Below are positions 25,701 through 39,759 of a stretch of DNA of 64,000 nucleotides, piece by piece. The position numbers and the translations under genes are program-made. Numbering within the stretch: position 1 is the stretch's first letter; every line of letters begins with the position of its first letter. Source of the stretch: Nitrosopumilaceae archaeon (GTDB lineage: Archaea > Thermoproteota > Nitrososphaeria > Nitrososphaerales > Nitrosopumilaceae); the NCBI GenBank assembly GCA_965207375.1, contig CBDBMG010000002.1:576001-640000 (forward strand), read 5' to 3'. Under the pieces are notes generated by a model that made no database searches, was not told where the DNA came from, and saw only the letters and a list, made by a program, of their open reading frames with translations.

Positions 25701-26299
25701 CAATATATAACTTATAACTTAGATAAATATATTTTGATGTTTTTCAAATGTAATTTGCTATAATACAGCTGCTTTACCATGTTAACACTCTTGTTAACAA
25801 CCACCTGTAAAACATAATTAAGAGAACATTAAAGAACACTAAAGAGAACACTAAAGATTCTGGCATAAGATAAATTGATCCCTACTCTTGGCTCATAATT
25901 TCAGTAGATTAGTAGCTATACAAGCCAAAAGTAGGGGTTAAACTTTTATCAATTATCTCATGCCACATCTCTTGTGCCAATATCTTCCTTAGCAGTGCCC
26001 TAGCTACTCATCTGCAAATTTTAAATTTCATTCTAGTATATATTGCAATTCAAGTTTATGCATGTATACATATTCAATTTTCTCATGGCAGAGCACAGCG
26101 AACATTTGGACCCTGCCAGGCTTGTCCTTGGCTATGTCAATGGATATTGAACAAATTAATGCTAAAATAACTTTTAAGAATCAGCAAACTTCGTTAACTA
26201 TCCTTAATCAAATAAAATTGCAAATTAATATCTGAATACTAATACATATATTAACATTAATACTTTTTTCAATAGCTACATGTTTGAATTTCCATATTT

Positions 26300-26541
26300 C
26301 TGAATCGGCATGAGAAAACCAGGCCTATGCACACAAAATACACCTATTCATGTATCTTCTTTACTGTTTAAGGTTTGAAAAATCTGTAAGCTGCATGAGA
26401 TTCCCTAAGAAAAGCTGCATAAATGGTGTAAAATATAGTAGACTACTATGATTACTCATGAAGTTATTTAAGTTTGAAATCCAAAAAATGTAGTCAAACT
26501 TCATATGCACATAAGCCCTATTTTCTCATGCCGGGTCACAT
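26300..26541. mobile_element. MITE, ~240 bp
   Basis: CGGCATGAGAAAACCAGGCCTATG ... CATAAGCCCTATTTTCTCATGCCGGGTCACAT inverted ends; left end degraded. Confidence 0.65.
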
Positions 26542-28379
26542 TTAATGATTTTCAGTAGGATCTCATTTAAATTGCTGAAAATAGCAACATTCAGTTTTTT
26601 GTAGATTACACAACTTGTATAGTCTGTTCATGTTCATCTTGATACTTGTTAACCTTAAATAATTTGTTGTGAATGCCATGGAACAAATTATTAAATCACT
26701 CCATACTTACTGTTGGTCTATTGTATTACCACACTGTTTAGATGCCTTCTCAAGTAACTTAACTTTCTTTGCTTTCTAAAAATATTTCACCATATTTATA
26801 AGGACATGATTTGTTTAAATTGTTGGTATGACGCTTTCCTTTGAAAGAAATCTTCTTGTATAAATAATGTGAAAGACAATTTCCCCTGTTGTAGCCACAT
26901 ATAGTTCTTACTGTTATTTTAGAATTTAATGGCACCATTTTATCATTTGTGCTAAAGGGTAACGACTATTATGTAATTACATGCTGTTATGTAGAAGCAG
27001 TTTCCTTGAAATAAAGGAGCTTTACATGTTGAGTTTAGGGGCAAAGGTAAACATGAACATACTATACTCAGCATTACCAAATATGTCACATTAAATATAA
27101 TCATCAATGACAACCACATTTGTTGCTGTTAAATAAAATTTCAATTATATATTTTCAATTAAGCCAGTTACATATGTAACTTTCTATATTAAACTTATGA
27201 AAGGGTTAGAGATGGTGTAGGTAGGCCAAGTTTATGTATTTACTGATGCTTTGTCAGATTAAAATCTCAGCTGAAACCCACAATTTAGTTATTAACTAAT
27301 CTATGTATGCTTCAGCACAATATAAATTTGATATTCGCATGCATGTCCTACTGCAGTCACTTGAGAAATTTATAAGAAAACTTGCAAATTTCTCATGAAT
27401 GGATTATCTATGGAACACTTCATCGCAAGTTCTGCACATCACTGGTCCTAGTGCCTACACTTAGAATACGTAGCACATGTTATAGTCTACGTTAACGAAT
27501 TCGAGTTATAGTCCACATTATAATCTACGTTGCCATAGACTATTTTACCAAACAATGCATGAAGTATAAGCATACAAAATGTTCAACTACAGCTAACCAT
27601 CCTGGAGTAGTTACACTTCACTCCAAGAACAGCACATAACTGGTCCCAAGCGCCTACACGTATTACAAGTACGAATACGTAGCACATGCTCTTAATTCGT
27701 TTCCTTTATTTTAGGATAGCAATAACATATGTCTATGATTTAGTCTGTTGCAGTCTTGGGAATATTAGTGTAGATGGTTCTAATGTTTTAATCTGTAAAT
27801 ATTCATGTTTGTTGTAAGCTGTTGTTTTCACAGTAGTCTATTTTTCTGTAGTAAATATTTTATTATCGGCAAGCAAAAATTCTAGAACCATTTGCATACA
27901 TCCATTTTCTAATTAATGCACACCACATTAAATTTTAAACCCTAGTTACAAGTTATAATTACTAGCTCAGCTGAAGAAATATTATTACTTTTAATAAAAA
28001 GCGTAAATATACAGTATGTAGATATGTAGTTATTTGTTGAAACTTCTAGTTTTCAAGATACTTATGCACTATAGGAATACCAGTATGATGTTCAAATTTC
28101 TTTGAAGGTAAAGTGTGAGGTGTTTACAGTTATCTTAAATGTGTTGTGCTTCTCTAGCCATCAGTACATTTAGATTTTTCACTTTATAGGTAGCTACGTA
28201 TTAAAGCTTGAGTGACATGCTGGCTTGCAAGACTAAGGCCAGGATGTAACAATGACATTTCAGAATGCACATGATTTTTAAAAACTCCCAACTCCGAAGG
28301 ATGCCAATAATTTTGAGCCATTGTATGACTTAAACAGTTTCTGAGAGAAGGTATGATCTCTCTCAAAACTTGAACATAC

Positions 28380-30420
28380 AATTAGCCATAACAACAGTAA
28401 TAACAATAAATGACTCCACTTAAAAAAGTACGGAAAATAAACCCTAGGCAATACCCTGTTTCCTCACCCGACCTAGAGGGAGTCCTCGAAGCAATGAAAT
28501 TAGAAATATCAGGTATTTCCATAACAGATAAAATACCCACAACCTCTCCTTTGATGAACGTAGAACTCACAAGGAACTTAAACACAACACTGACCTTGTA
28601 ATCAACAAGGCAAACAAAGGGTCTACTACTGTTGTTCAAAATAGAACAGAGTACATATAAAGAGCTCAATGTAGATCCAATCAATAGTATTTGTCATGGT
28701 ATTAACCAAATTCTTCACAAATTTCATTCAGAAGGACTATTAAATAAAAAAATGGTAGACTTCTGCTCTTCACCCAGGAAATCACGATTTCTTAAAAAAT
28801 ACATAAATCACCAATGGGCATACGTCCTATTGTTTCCTCCTACTGAAAATATTTCACAATTCATTGACTATTGGTTGCAAACTTTAATGAAGGTGATACC
28901 CTCTTACTTAAAAGACACGACTAAGCTTACAAACCAACTAAAAGAACTAACAGTTGAGCCTGATATGCCTTTTGATGTTAAATCACTATACACCTGTATC
29001 CCTCATAAAGAAGGTATCCAAGCCTGTGCTGAAGCTCTTGAAAACTTGAAAGCAAACAATCCAGACCAGCCCAAACGAATACCCTAGTAATTCTACTTGA
29101 AATTGTATTAAAGAACAACACCTTTGAATTTAACAACAAAAGCTTTATACAACTTCAACGTACAGCAATGGGCAATAAGCTAGCTCCAGTCTATGCTAAC
29201 ATTTTATGAACAAACTCGAACAAACCATCCTCACCCCACCCCTTTTAAACCATCCTACTATAAATGTTACATCGATGACATCCTCATCCTCTGGCTGCAC
29301 TCTAACAGAACACAATAATTTTATCACTGCCCTCAACAACTACCACACATTAATTAAATTTACTTATGAATGCAACCACACCAAAATTACATTCCTAGAT
29401 ATCAACATTTTTAAGGATCTAGATTTCGAATTAACAGGGAAGCTAGATGTTGGGACACACAAAACCCACTAACCGTCAAGGATATATACATGCTGACTCA
29501 CACCACCCCCCCAGGAACTAGTAAAGGTGTGGCTATCAGAGAAATAAAACGATACCTATGTACAAATTCTAGGGCTAAGTCTTTCTACTCTTTCAAATTC
29601 AAACACAAACGTAACCTTCTCAAAAGAGAATACTCTTCTGATTTCATCAATAGGTATACTAGCAATATTCAATTCAAGAATAGATCTTTATCCCTTAAAT
29701 GTTAGCTCAAAACAAACAAAAACAAGAGATTAGCTTTCATTACAAGATTCACACCTTCAGCAACCAAAGTCATGAAAATCATAAGAAAATTCTGGCCTTC
29801 ACTTCGAAATATCAAAAGCTTTAAACATGTTACAGTCCCATCTCCCATGCTTACATTTAACTCTTAAACGCACACAAAACCCCATAGAAATAAAAAGTTT
29901 TATACACGGAAATACTTCGATATTGTTCGTCGTGCACACAACTCTTTTCTGAGCTCTTTTCTTTTTCGTGTCGTGGCGACTTCAGTGTCTATCAAATATC
30001 ATTCGATACTATGATGAGTAGAACCGAGTCCATGGTAAGTACTTTTAGTGTGCTGTTTAAATTTACCCTGTGTAATTTCTGAATTATAGCCGCAGATGAC
30101 AGAGAATGATCCTGGGTTGATATTTATTATTGATGCATTCCAGTTGCACGAATGCCTCAAATTGCTGTACCCTCCCAGATCCAACCCAACCTCCATCAGC
30201 ATCCTTACCATATCACTAAACCCAGAGATAAGAATTGGTAAGGACATTATGTGATTGTCAAGTGTCGTTATACCATTTTAAGAACTGTACCTTGGGCGAG
30301 GTGCCCATTTCATCTTTCTTGTGTTAATTAAGGTTAAATATAAGGTCAAATCTTGTTAGAGCAAAACTCACACTATCTAGCCATGAAACTACCCGTTGGG
30401 TGCCCGGGAATGAAGATAAG
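28380..30420 (+). pseudogene. Penelope-like retroelement reverse transcriptase pseudogene
   Basis: LVINKANKGSTTVV, IRPIVS, SYLKDT, FDVKSLYTCIPH, TAMGNKLAPVYANIFM, YIDDI, FLDI, then NIRSNLVRAKL after an insertion. Many frameshifts. Confidence 0.9.
29861..30333. mobile_element. Possible piggyBac-type non-autonomous insertion in the Penelope element
   Basis: TTAA at 29857-29860 and 30334-30337, weak C(T)CTTAA..CAC inverted ends. Penelope-like coding sequence resumes after it. Confidence 0.5.
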
Positions 30421-30569
30421 CAATTAACTGTGGTGTGCATTCAGTGCACACAAGACCCATGAAACTTGAACAATTAATTGACACTATTGACACAGCTAGG
30501 TGGTCCTCTGCTGCGTACACTTCTCAGTGGACCTGCTGCTGTTTTGCGTTCTGGATGACTTAGCATCCA

Positions 30570-31237
30570 TGTGGCTGGGTTGTCTCATGATTTGATTAGT
30601 GTCCATCAATTTGGCTTCCACAAACATCACTCCACTACTCATCTCTTGCTTGAGGCTTTACATGATTGGGCCAAAGCTTTAGAATGCCGTGATAGCTGCC
30701 ATTGTTTATGCCTGGATTTTGCTAAAGTTTTGACAGAGTGCCTCACCATCGGCTGTTGCTGAAATTACAGACCCTGGGTATATCTGATGATTGTTTTCTT
30801 ACCATGCAATCTCAGAGAGTTGTTGTTAATGGTCAGTATTCTGAGTGGCTTCCTATTGCTTCTGATGTCCCTCAAGGCTCCATTCTTGGACCGTTGTTAT
30901 TTATTTTATATACTGATGATGTTAGATATATTGTTAAACATTCTTCTATCAAATTTATGCTGACGACATCTCTCTTTATTCCCAGGTGTCCTGTTCTGAC
31001 GATTGCTTTAAACTAAAAGATGATTTGTCATGTATTATATCAATGGTCCCTTAAGTGGCAGCTTAAATTGAACCCTAAAAAGTGTGAGGCTATCAACATC
31101 AGTAATAAGCATTCCCCTATTAACTTAGATTACTGTATTTGATTTTATCCAATTTTGTGGTCCCAGAAAGTTAAGTATCTTTGTGTTGTTATAAACTCCA
31201 AGCTTAAATGGAATGACCGCTGTCAATATGTAGTCAC
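30570..31237 (+). pseudogene. Non-LTR retrotransposon (CR1/L2/Jockey-like) RT fragment
   Basis: HQFGFHKHHSTT, LDFAK, PHHRLLLKL, VPQGSILGPLLFILY, ADD, W.LKLNPKKC, VKYL. Confidence 0.9.
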
Positions 31238-31800
31238 CTTACTCCCATCTACCAATAACACCAGCAATCCTTAGCAAGCTATGAGAAGTATGGCTACACA
31301 CCGACCCATCCTTTAATGCAACCATGCTGTGGCACTAACATTCTTCACTTTTAGCCGCTCTGGAGAGACGACTTCTGGCTCAAACATACGATCCAAAGTC
31401 ACACCTGTTCTTAAATGATCTATCAGCAGATAAGGCTTTAAACATAAAGCATTTCAAAACAGATCAAGGAAGAATAGGATCACGGTTGCAATAGAGAGGA
31501 CAGGGAATGATATTTACCAAGTCTCAACTCTGCTGATGTACTTGGCAAGAAGAGGGACTGAATCAAGAGCATTAATTATCTGTGAAGATGACTATCCCTT
31601 GACAAAATCAAGATTTGTGAATAAGATGAGACCAAAGCTGGTCTTCCCGCTAAGGATTTTACAGGTCAAAGTTTTTGAATAGGTGCTGCACAGCCGCAAA
31701 AGCTGGACTTCAGGATTCAGCAATACAAACATTTGGAAGGTGGAGAAGCTTGTCATATCAGCTTTACATCAAAACAGCACCTCAACACCTACCTAGCTGC
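31238..31800 (+). pseudogene. DIRS-type tyrosine recombinase remnant
   Basis: LPIT, LTFFTF.RSGE, FKTDQ, PLTKSRFV, degenerate GHSFRIGAA, GRWRSLSYQLYIK. Confidence 0.75.
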
Positions 31801-33429
31801 GGTATCTGCAAGATTGTCATCATGTCCTATATATGATGTATCAGATATGGGAAAAATGACTAACGTGTTAAATGACTAATTTGTTACAGTTTTAGATAAT
31901 TACAATATGTGATCTGCCCTTACTACACACAATGAGGGTTACGATTTAAACAAGTAAATTACAAAATAATAAACGCTGCATACAAACTTCATAATTCTAA
32001 ATACAACACCTTGTTTATGAGGCTCAGCCAAGATATATGGGAGTTAGTACTGCAGCAGGGATACAATGTTGGCACTTGGCAGCTTATCTGGCACTAGTAT
32101 CCCTGCATATGGTTAGCTTAACCTCAAGTGATCATGCATAAATAGGTCACTTCAATTCAATCATTAAGGGATCACGTGATTACAATCTATGTTTCGTTAA
32201 TAATAACATGGAGCACTAAACTTCCCATATATCCATCATTCTTACAGAAGCAGCCATTACAGAGACTGTACCTATGTAGTTAATGTACATATAGTATTTG
32301 GGATTGGCATAGACTAGCTATATTCCTAACATGCTATATATAATCATGGTTACACTGTTAATTGTAAAATTACATTAAATGTTTCTTAAGCAGATGACGG
32401 AATACTTTATCCTACTTATAATTATGAGATAGAAGTAAACAGCTATGCAGCTATTGACAAAAACTTTACAGATACAGAATACTAATAAAATGTTTATGAT
32501 GTTTTATACACTTTTCAAGAGTTTAAAATCATTACCCGGTAAGTGTATTGACACTAATACAAAACTATAATATATAGGTATGATCATGTATATACATACA
32601 GCTTTAATGGATTGTATTTGAGATTGGGACCAACTACATACCTAACATGCCATATCTAATTAAACATTTGTTACACTATTTAAAAGCATTTATTGGCACT
32701 AATAAAAGTACAAGACTATATACAGTACGGCTCAATTTAAACTTGACTACACACGCGTGAAGCAACTAAACGACTCGACATGTTTCTGAAATTACATAAT
32801 ATAACCTGTGTGTGCATGAAAGATCAATGACATAAAAATTAAAGTTAATTGCATATGTGTACACACGAGACATTAGTCTGCTGCCATGTGCATCTTGGTT
32901 TGCATGAACAGTGCGCGTCCATCTGTGGTTTGCACAAACTTCACTCGTGCATTAGGTTTGCATAAAACGGGAGTCTTGCATTTTGGTTTGCACAAGCACA
33001 ATTGTTTTTCCCACACATTTCACATGTTTCATTGGCATGCACTCTGGCTTGGCATATACACGAGTAATACGTAGTAAACCAAATAGGTGCATGCGTACTT
33101 ACTACTACACCACAGAGAGCATACTTTTTATAGGTTTAGAGCTGGTAATGTAACAGTGTTACACTTTCAAATAAACTTGTGATGATTTATGGAGATATAC
33201 AGATGACCACGTGTATTCTAACACTTTAGTTCACCTGGAGCATTTTAATAATCTGGAGAGGGGATTTTTGTTAAGCTGTAGTTGATCTGAGCAATGATAA
33301 TACCTATCACATTGTACAATGTGCACATGTGCAGGTACCCACATTTATGTAAAAGTTTATAATGTGGAGTGTATTTTCTTTATTGCACGCAGCTTTATCG
33401 TGCGAACTCATGCAATTAAACAATTAAAC

Positions 33430-33606
33430 AGTCGTGGCACACTAGACATGCACCACACAAGCAAACTCGTCACGATCGTACGTTCAGGTAACTGTCAATC
33501 ACACATGGTGCACGACACCAATAAACTTGTCACGAGCGCACGCTTTACCATCAAATACACATGGTACACCACACAAATAAGCTTGCCGCGAATGCAAGCA
33601 GTTGGT
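33430..33606. repeat. Degenerate repeat, related copy at 37528-37638
   Basis: Shared CTCGTCACGA, TTTAC.ATCAAATACAC.TGGT.CACC and TGCAAGCAGTT blocks. Confidence 0.65.
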
Positions 33607-34859
33607 ACGATAGAAATTAAGGATGTAACAATCAGCTTAATTGGTTACTAACAATGCTATAAAATTAGGCAATTTGCTAATAATTCACACCTTACAAAAA
33701 GTCACTGATATTATTGCATATACATTGATCAATAATTCTATAATTATGCTGTGTACATTATTTATACATGCTTTTATTTTGAATAAGTAGATAATTACTG
33801 TATATCTTCACATTCAAATGCAAGAAAACAAATTTGTGAGTTGCCTTATTTAGTTCATTATTTGCATGTGATCTATTATTGAACTTTTTCATGATAAATT
33901 AATGCTTTCACAGAGTAAAGAAGTTTACGTAATTGATGTCGCAATGATGAACAAGATATGTAATGGAAATTTTCTTGATGAACATAAAACAGTTATGGTA
34001 AGCCATTTGAACTTGTCTTACCCTTATTTAGCTACACTGCATTAACTGTATTGTATACTTTGCAATTGCAGTTAAACATTGCAAGCCACAGCATGACAAC
34101 TGGAGCATATCATCAAAATTGAAATCACTGGATTTTACTTGTACGTACGTGTGTAGATTTTATATACTCACTTTAAGATTTTCCCTTGTCATACGTACAT
34201 GTACAATAGCCATTGCTCATCTTCGAAATATTATTATAGAAACTGTCTAGCATAACATAGAGTTTTTATATGCCCATAATATAATTATGTTAATGTGCTG
34301 CTTTATAACCAGTAGCTATAAGGTTGCTGTATTGTGCATTTACAGGCTATAGAACTACATTCATCAGCAATTATTTACATAGACCCAATTGGTGAAAATA
34401 CAAAGATTAAATTGAGCTGTACTGTATGTAGGTACGGTAGTTTGCAAAAAAAGTTTGCAAAGCTTCGTTACAGGTTTGCAAACCTTCGTGAACAGTTTGC
34501 GAATGTTAATTTGTACATAACTTCGTGAGATAATTTAACTCCGTGCACAAGTGATTGTTTTATTACGTAATCAATGTTACGAAGCTGTGGCAATGCGCTT
34601 TTTGTGCATTTATGTACATGTTCGTGAGTCATGAACTGACTCGTGAACTGGTGACTCATGAACTTGAACTCACCCATACAGCTTGTAAACTGATAGCTAC
34701 TTACACATTGTACAAAATTAAACACTAGCACTAATAGAAGGCTTGAGTAAAGTGCCTTTTAATGCTTGTCTTAGTTGGAAAATTTTTGTAGTAAGAAGCG
34801 AAGGATTGTGCAGGGTAAGGTATCAGATAACGATGAATTTTCAGTGCTGTATAACAGTA

Positions 34860-35115
34860 TAGAACTGCAGGTGAAGCTCAGCAAGAGCGACGAGCTGCCG
34901 CAAATGAAGTCCTTTAACAGCGAAGAGCTGCAAATGAAGCCAAGCAAAGAGCTACTGCAAATGAAGCCCAGTAACAGTGAAGAGCTACCACAAATGAAGC
35001 CCAGCAACAGTGAAGAGCTACCTGCCGCAAATGAAGTCCAGTAACAGCGAAGAGTTGCAGATGAAGCTCAGTAAGAGAGAAACGTTAACAGCGAAGAGCC
35101 GAAAATGAAGCTCAA
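34860..35115. repeat. Degenerate ~24-33 bp tandem repeat
   Basis: GAAGAGCT(A/G)C..CAAATGAAGCCCAGTAACAG repeated about 8 times. Confidence 0.85.
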
Positions 35116-35501
35116 GCACAGTATTGGGATCGGCACCTTCTGCACCAGTATTAATGATGATGCGGACAGCTGAAGGAGAAGGAGGTCCAGCAGTGATGAT
35201 GCTGGTGGCGGTCGGTGTGGCTCAAAGGGACGGAGACATCATTGATGATTTGAGCTTGACTTTAATAACAGATGATAATTGATTTTGATTGGATGCTGAG
35301 CCTATTCATTATAGTGCTGGGCGCAAATGATATCATCGTAATCATAATTAGTAGGGCACTTAAATAAAAAATGAAGCCCAATAAAGAACAGTTGGGGAAA
35401 AAAATTATTGTCAAGTATGAAAACACAGTTCTGAGAGATGGGATGGTAAGACAGTGATAATGGATGGAGAATTGTATGATATTAGTAGGCATGCACGTGA
35501 A

Positions 35502-37527
35502 TGTTATATTACTTATTAAATTATTGGTCACGTGATTGCGTACTAGCTAGTACATGGCACTGCGAGCACCGGCATTATCTGCCTCAAGCTGACACAAATA
35601 CAGTAAAGATCGTCCTTATAACCACAAGAGAGATTCCCTGGTGCCGGTTAGAGACACCAGACAAGGTAGTAGAGTTAGTTTTCACGCTGTTGTTTCCCAC
35701 CATTTTTGCTTTGTCAACAGATCGATCGATGTCAGCCTACGCCTTTCGTCAAAGCGACTTGCCCAATCTAGACTTCAACATAGACAGGGGCACAGACTTC
35801 ATGGCATGGCGAATGCAATGGGAATCCTATTGTTTCCTCTCCAGGCTACTCGAAGAAGATGCAGCAAAGCAAGTCAAAGCGCTGACTTTATGCCTATCAA
35901 GAGAGACACTGGTGATTGTCCATAATCTGGGACTCAGCGAAGCAGAAATGAAGAGACCACAAGATATTATTGACGCTCTGCAACCAAGGTACGTGGACGG
36001 CCACATCAATAAGACTGTGGAGCGGCGTAATTTCCGGCACCGGAACCAGCAGCGTGGAGAAACCTTCGATGACTACCTAATATCATTACGAGATTTAGCT
36101 AAAACGTGCAGGTTTTGTTCCGATATTGCTTGCAGAAAAACATCAGAGATCAGATTATCGAAGGCTTGCTTGATGGGAACACAGTAGAAGACTTGTTGTA
36201 GGAGTCAGGCCTCACAATGGCTACCACCATCACGAAGTGTAGGAGCAAAGAAGCCGCCAAGAAGAATCGGCTACAGATAGTTGCTTGGGATCAAGAACCC
36301 AAAGTCATTGCAGCATTTCAGAACCCACACACACCAGGACAAGGAAGACCACGAATATGTCAGGGATGTGGAGGAGCACAGCATAAAGGGGGCCGCATTC
36401 ACTGTCCAGCATATCAGAAAGCTTGTTCAGCTTGCCATAAGGTGGGCCATTTTGCCAGAGTTTGCAGGAGCAAACAGAAGCTTCACCAGCAGGCATCAGG
36501 CAACGACACCTTGCATTCTTCAACCAATGTCATCCACCTGCAGCCACTACAGGGAGATCACATACAATTATACAACATAGCAGGAGATAAAGCTGAACCT
36601 CACTGTGCAAATGGCAACCTGTTCTAGAACTACATCAGTAACTGTATTACCAGATTCAGGGGCTGACATATCAGCTGCTGGCCAAGCAATTGTGGGCATA
36701 CAGGGACACCGTTTAGACAACCTAACACCATCAGAAATAAGCCAAAGTGCTGCTAACGGAGCGTGCATGAAACCATTGGGAAAGATACCAGTCACCATCC
36801 GTCTATAAGGAAAGACCTATAAAGATGACATCCATATCTTTCCAGGAGTGTCAGGGGCACTCATTTCATGGAAAGCCGCCAAAGAGTTGGGCATATTGCC
36901 CCCCTGGTACCCACACCCCGAGAAATCCCCACAACTTATGCAGAATCTAAAGGTAAACACTAACAATGCAACAGACTATGGCTCCAGTACGGTAGAGCAA
37001 CTCAACAGTAGTTCCCATCCGTATTCAGTGGGCAAGTATCAGCAATGGAAGGAGAGCTAATTATGATATCATTAACAGAAAATGCAGAGCCATTTTGTGT
37101 CAAAGCTCCCTGCTCAATTCCTTTTACTTACTGTGAGAAATTACGACAAGAAATAGACTCACTCTTGGAATAAGACATCATAGCTCCAGTCATGGAAGCA
37201 ACAGAATGGTGTGCGCCAATAGTAGTGACTCCCAAGAAAAGGACGGACAACATCAGACTATGCGTGGATTTGTCAAGGCTCAACAGATACATCCGCAGAG
37301 AGCGATACCAATCCCCTACGCCAGCAGAAGTGGTCGCGGACATTGCAGCAAATGAAGCTCAGATTCTTCACAGTCTTGGATGCAAAGAAAGGCTACCACT
37401 AATGTCTGATGGATGAGCCAAGCCAATTACTAACTACCTTCACAACACCCTTTGGGCGTTTTAAATGTTGGCGAGCATCTTACGGGTTGTCCTCTATCGT
37501 GGAGCACGACAATAGAAGAATGGCTGA
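35502..37527 (+). mobile_element. Gypsy/Ty3 LTR retrotransposon, 3'-truncated pseudogene (gag, protease, start of RT)
   Basis: Candidate LTR from TG at 35502 and TGGTGCC PBS-like site at ~35639. WRMQWESY, CSACHKVGHFARVC knuckle, DSGADIS, WCAPIVVTPKK..RLCVDLSRLN, TTPFGRF. Confidence 0.88.
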
Positions 37528-37889
37528 CATGTGGCACACCACACGAATTAGCTCGTCACGAATGCACATTTACTATCAAATACACGTGGTGCACCAGACA
37601 TGCACCACGTGAATAAGCTCGTCACGAGTGCAAGCAGTTTATATGAATTACCTTTCAATCATTTTAGGACTAATCTTAAAGCTAACCTTAAAAGGAGAGG
37701 TTACCCTAATAGACATATCAATTCGTATACTGACAGGGTGATAGACCCTTTGAATTAAAACCCAAAACCAAAAAGAATCTTAATAAACTTTCTCTAATAA
37801 CCAGATTTACACCCTCAGCATCAACAGCTTGAAGGATCCAATCATGCAATCAGGTAATGCTGTTTCACATGCACTGCAATTGTATAACA

Positions 37890-39150
37890 AGCATATGATG
37901 GGGCTTCAGTGATGAGCAGAAAATGTTCTGGTGTACAAAAACGTATTAAAGAGGTTACCCCTGAAGCTACATACGTTCATTGCTATGCACATTGCTTAAA
38001 TCTTGCTTTAGTAGATAGCAGTAAGCATGTGTCAGATGCTGCAGACTTTTTTGCTTTAATGGAGATACTTTATGTATTCATATCATCATCAAAAGCGCAT
38101 GCTGTTTACATACACCAGCAGTCTTTACTGCACCTGTACATCAACTGCAGCGCTTATCTGATACTCGTTGGGCTTGCAGATGCTTTGCTGTAGAAGCAGT
38201 GTGTAGTACGTATGATTTAAATTTAGCTACCTTGCAAGCTATTGTAGATGATGAAGATCGAGCAAAAGTGATAGAAGCCACAGGTATTCTTTCTCAGGTT
38301 AGTAATTTTTGATACCATTAGTGTTGTTTTGGCGGATACTATTTTGCATTAAATGCTTGTCTAACCAACTTCAGAGTACTTCTATTAACATGGCCAAAGC
38401 AGCTAATCTACGTAGTAAACACTACTCTAGACACATTTTACATCTTTTTCCAAGTGATCTGGAATGAGAAAAACATTACAAATACACTACAGATGTTGCT
38501 GCCTTACATGAAATCAGTGTATCATCACCAGAGGACTACAACATCAAAGACAGTTACCATGAAGGTTTGATAATGCAGTGATTATGGAAACAACTGGTGC
38601 TAGGGAAACAATGGAAATTAGTGAAAGTTTCAAATCAGTCTGTATTTTCCTATTTCAGATGCTATCATTTCAGAGCTTCAAAATAGGTTTGATACCAAAA
38701 ACTTTGATCTAATGAAGGCAATACAATGTTGCAATCCTTCATCCCCACAATTTCTTGAAATCGAATAGTTGTTCCCATTTAATTAAATTGTATAGTTGCT
38801 TGAATAAGGAATATCTGATGATGGAATGCACACTATCCAAACAAACTTTGCAAATAAAGAAATGGAGAGTATAAATGATGTACTCTGGGAAGTTTATTTA
38901 TTAAAAGCAGCTTTTCCTACATTAGTTAAAGTGCTACAAATTGCTTTCATAATAGCTGTTAGCACCGCAGAGTGCGAACAGTCATTTTCTGCACTTAAAC
39001 GCATAAAAACCATCCTTCACTCCACCATGTTTAAGCAGACTTAGCTTTGATTTCAATAGAAAAACAATTATCATAAAATCTTCCTTTAGATTAAGTTATT
39101 GACAGATTCGCTGCAGCAGACAAAAACAGAAAAATTGTTTTTAAATTAAT
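37890..39150 (+). pseudogene. hAT (ZMYM1/PRKRIR-like) transposase remnant
   Basis: AYDGASVMS, HCYAHCLNL, LSDTRW, VSTAECEQSFSALKRIKT. Confidence 0.85.
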
Positions 39151-39416
39151 TATACACATAGCTACTTGCAATAGACTACATAATTTATTATGCACAATCG
39201 TTAGGCCTAGCTAGATACAATAAAACTGATCATTACATGAGTCTCGCATTACACGATTTATGTTCTATAATTGTACCACTACAGAGTATGAAATGAGGAC
39301 TGAAAAGTGCTTAAACACAATTTGAAACTTCGTGTTTGTACTAGCTTTGCCGTGATTGCAGAAAGCACAAAAACAAGACAAACTTAAGTAATTAGTACAA
39401 GTAAAATAATAGCTAG

Positions 39417-39725
39417 CTACTCGTGTGCAATCCAAATATCACAGTGGCTGCAGGTGTGCACAAAATGGCAGTTGTATAAGAGATAGATCCCAACTAACAA
39501 CCACACAAGGCTTTTTAAATGTTTGATGTATGTTAATGCACTTTTTAAGGTGAATATCCTACTCTGCTGTCTTTTTCGTCCACGCAGATGAGCACTTTGG
39601 TGTCGTGGCACTTTTGAGGCTAAGATTTGGTACACTGGTTCGAGCCTCGCTACTCTCTCCCTTTCCTTTTCATTCTTTGCCATCCTCTTTTCCTCATTTT
39701 CTTCACGACTGTGAATGCCTTCCAT
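39417..39725 (-). CDS. Small intronless atypical bHLH protein, copy 1 (~102 aa)
   Basis: KRMAKNEKERERVARLEPVYQILASKVP-loop-SRIFTLKSALTYIKHL matches bHLH N.xER.RV..L...F..L...VP and SK..TL..A..YI..L. ATG at 39725. Confidence 0.65.
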   Translation of the reverse strand: MEGIHSREENEEKRMAKNEKERERVARLEPVYQILASKVPRHQSAHLRGRKRQQSRIFTLKSALTYIKHLKSLVWLLVGIYLLYNCHFVHTCSHCDIWIAHE

Positions 39726-39759
39726 TTCAACCAACTGTGGGAAAACACTGATAACTGGC

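Noticed and set aside
34775-35044. Repeat protein ORF (EELPQMKPSNS)
   Set aside because: Unit lengths vary and the frame breaks after 35044; treated as a minisatellite, though a decayed coding origin is not excluded.
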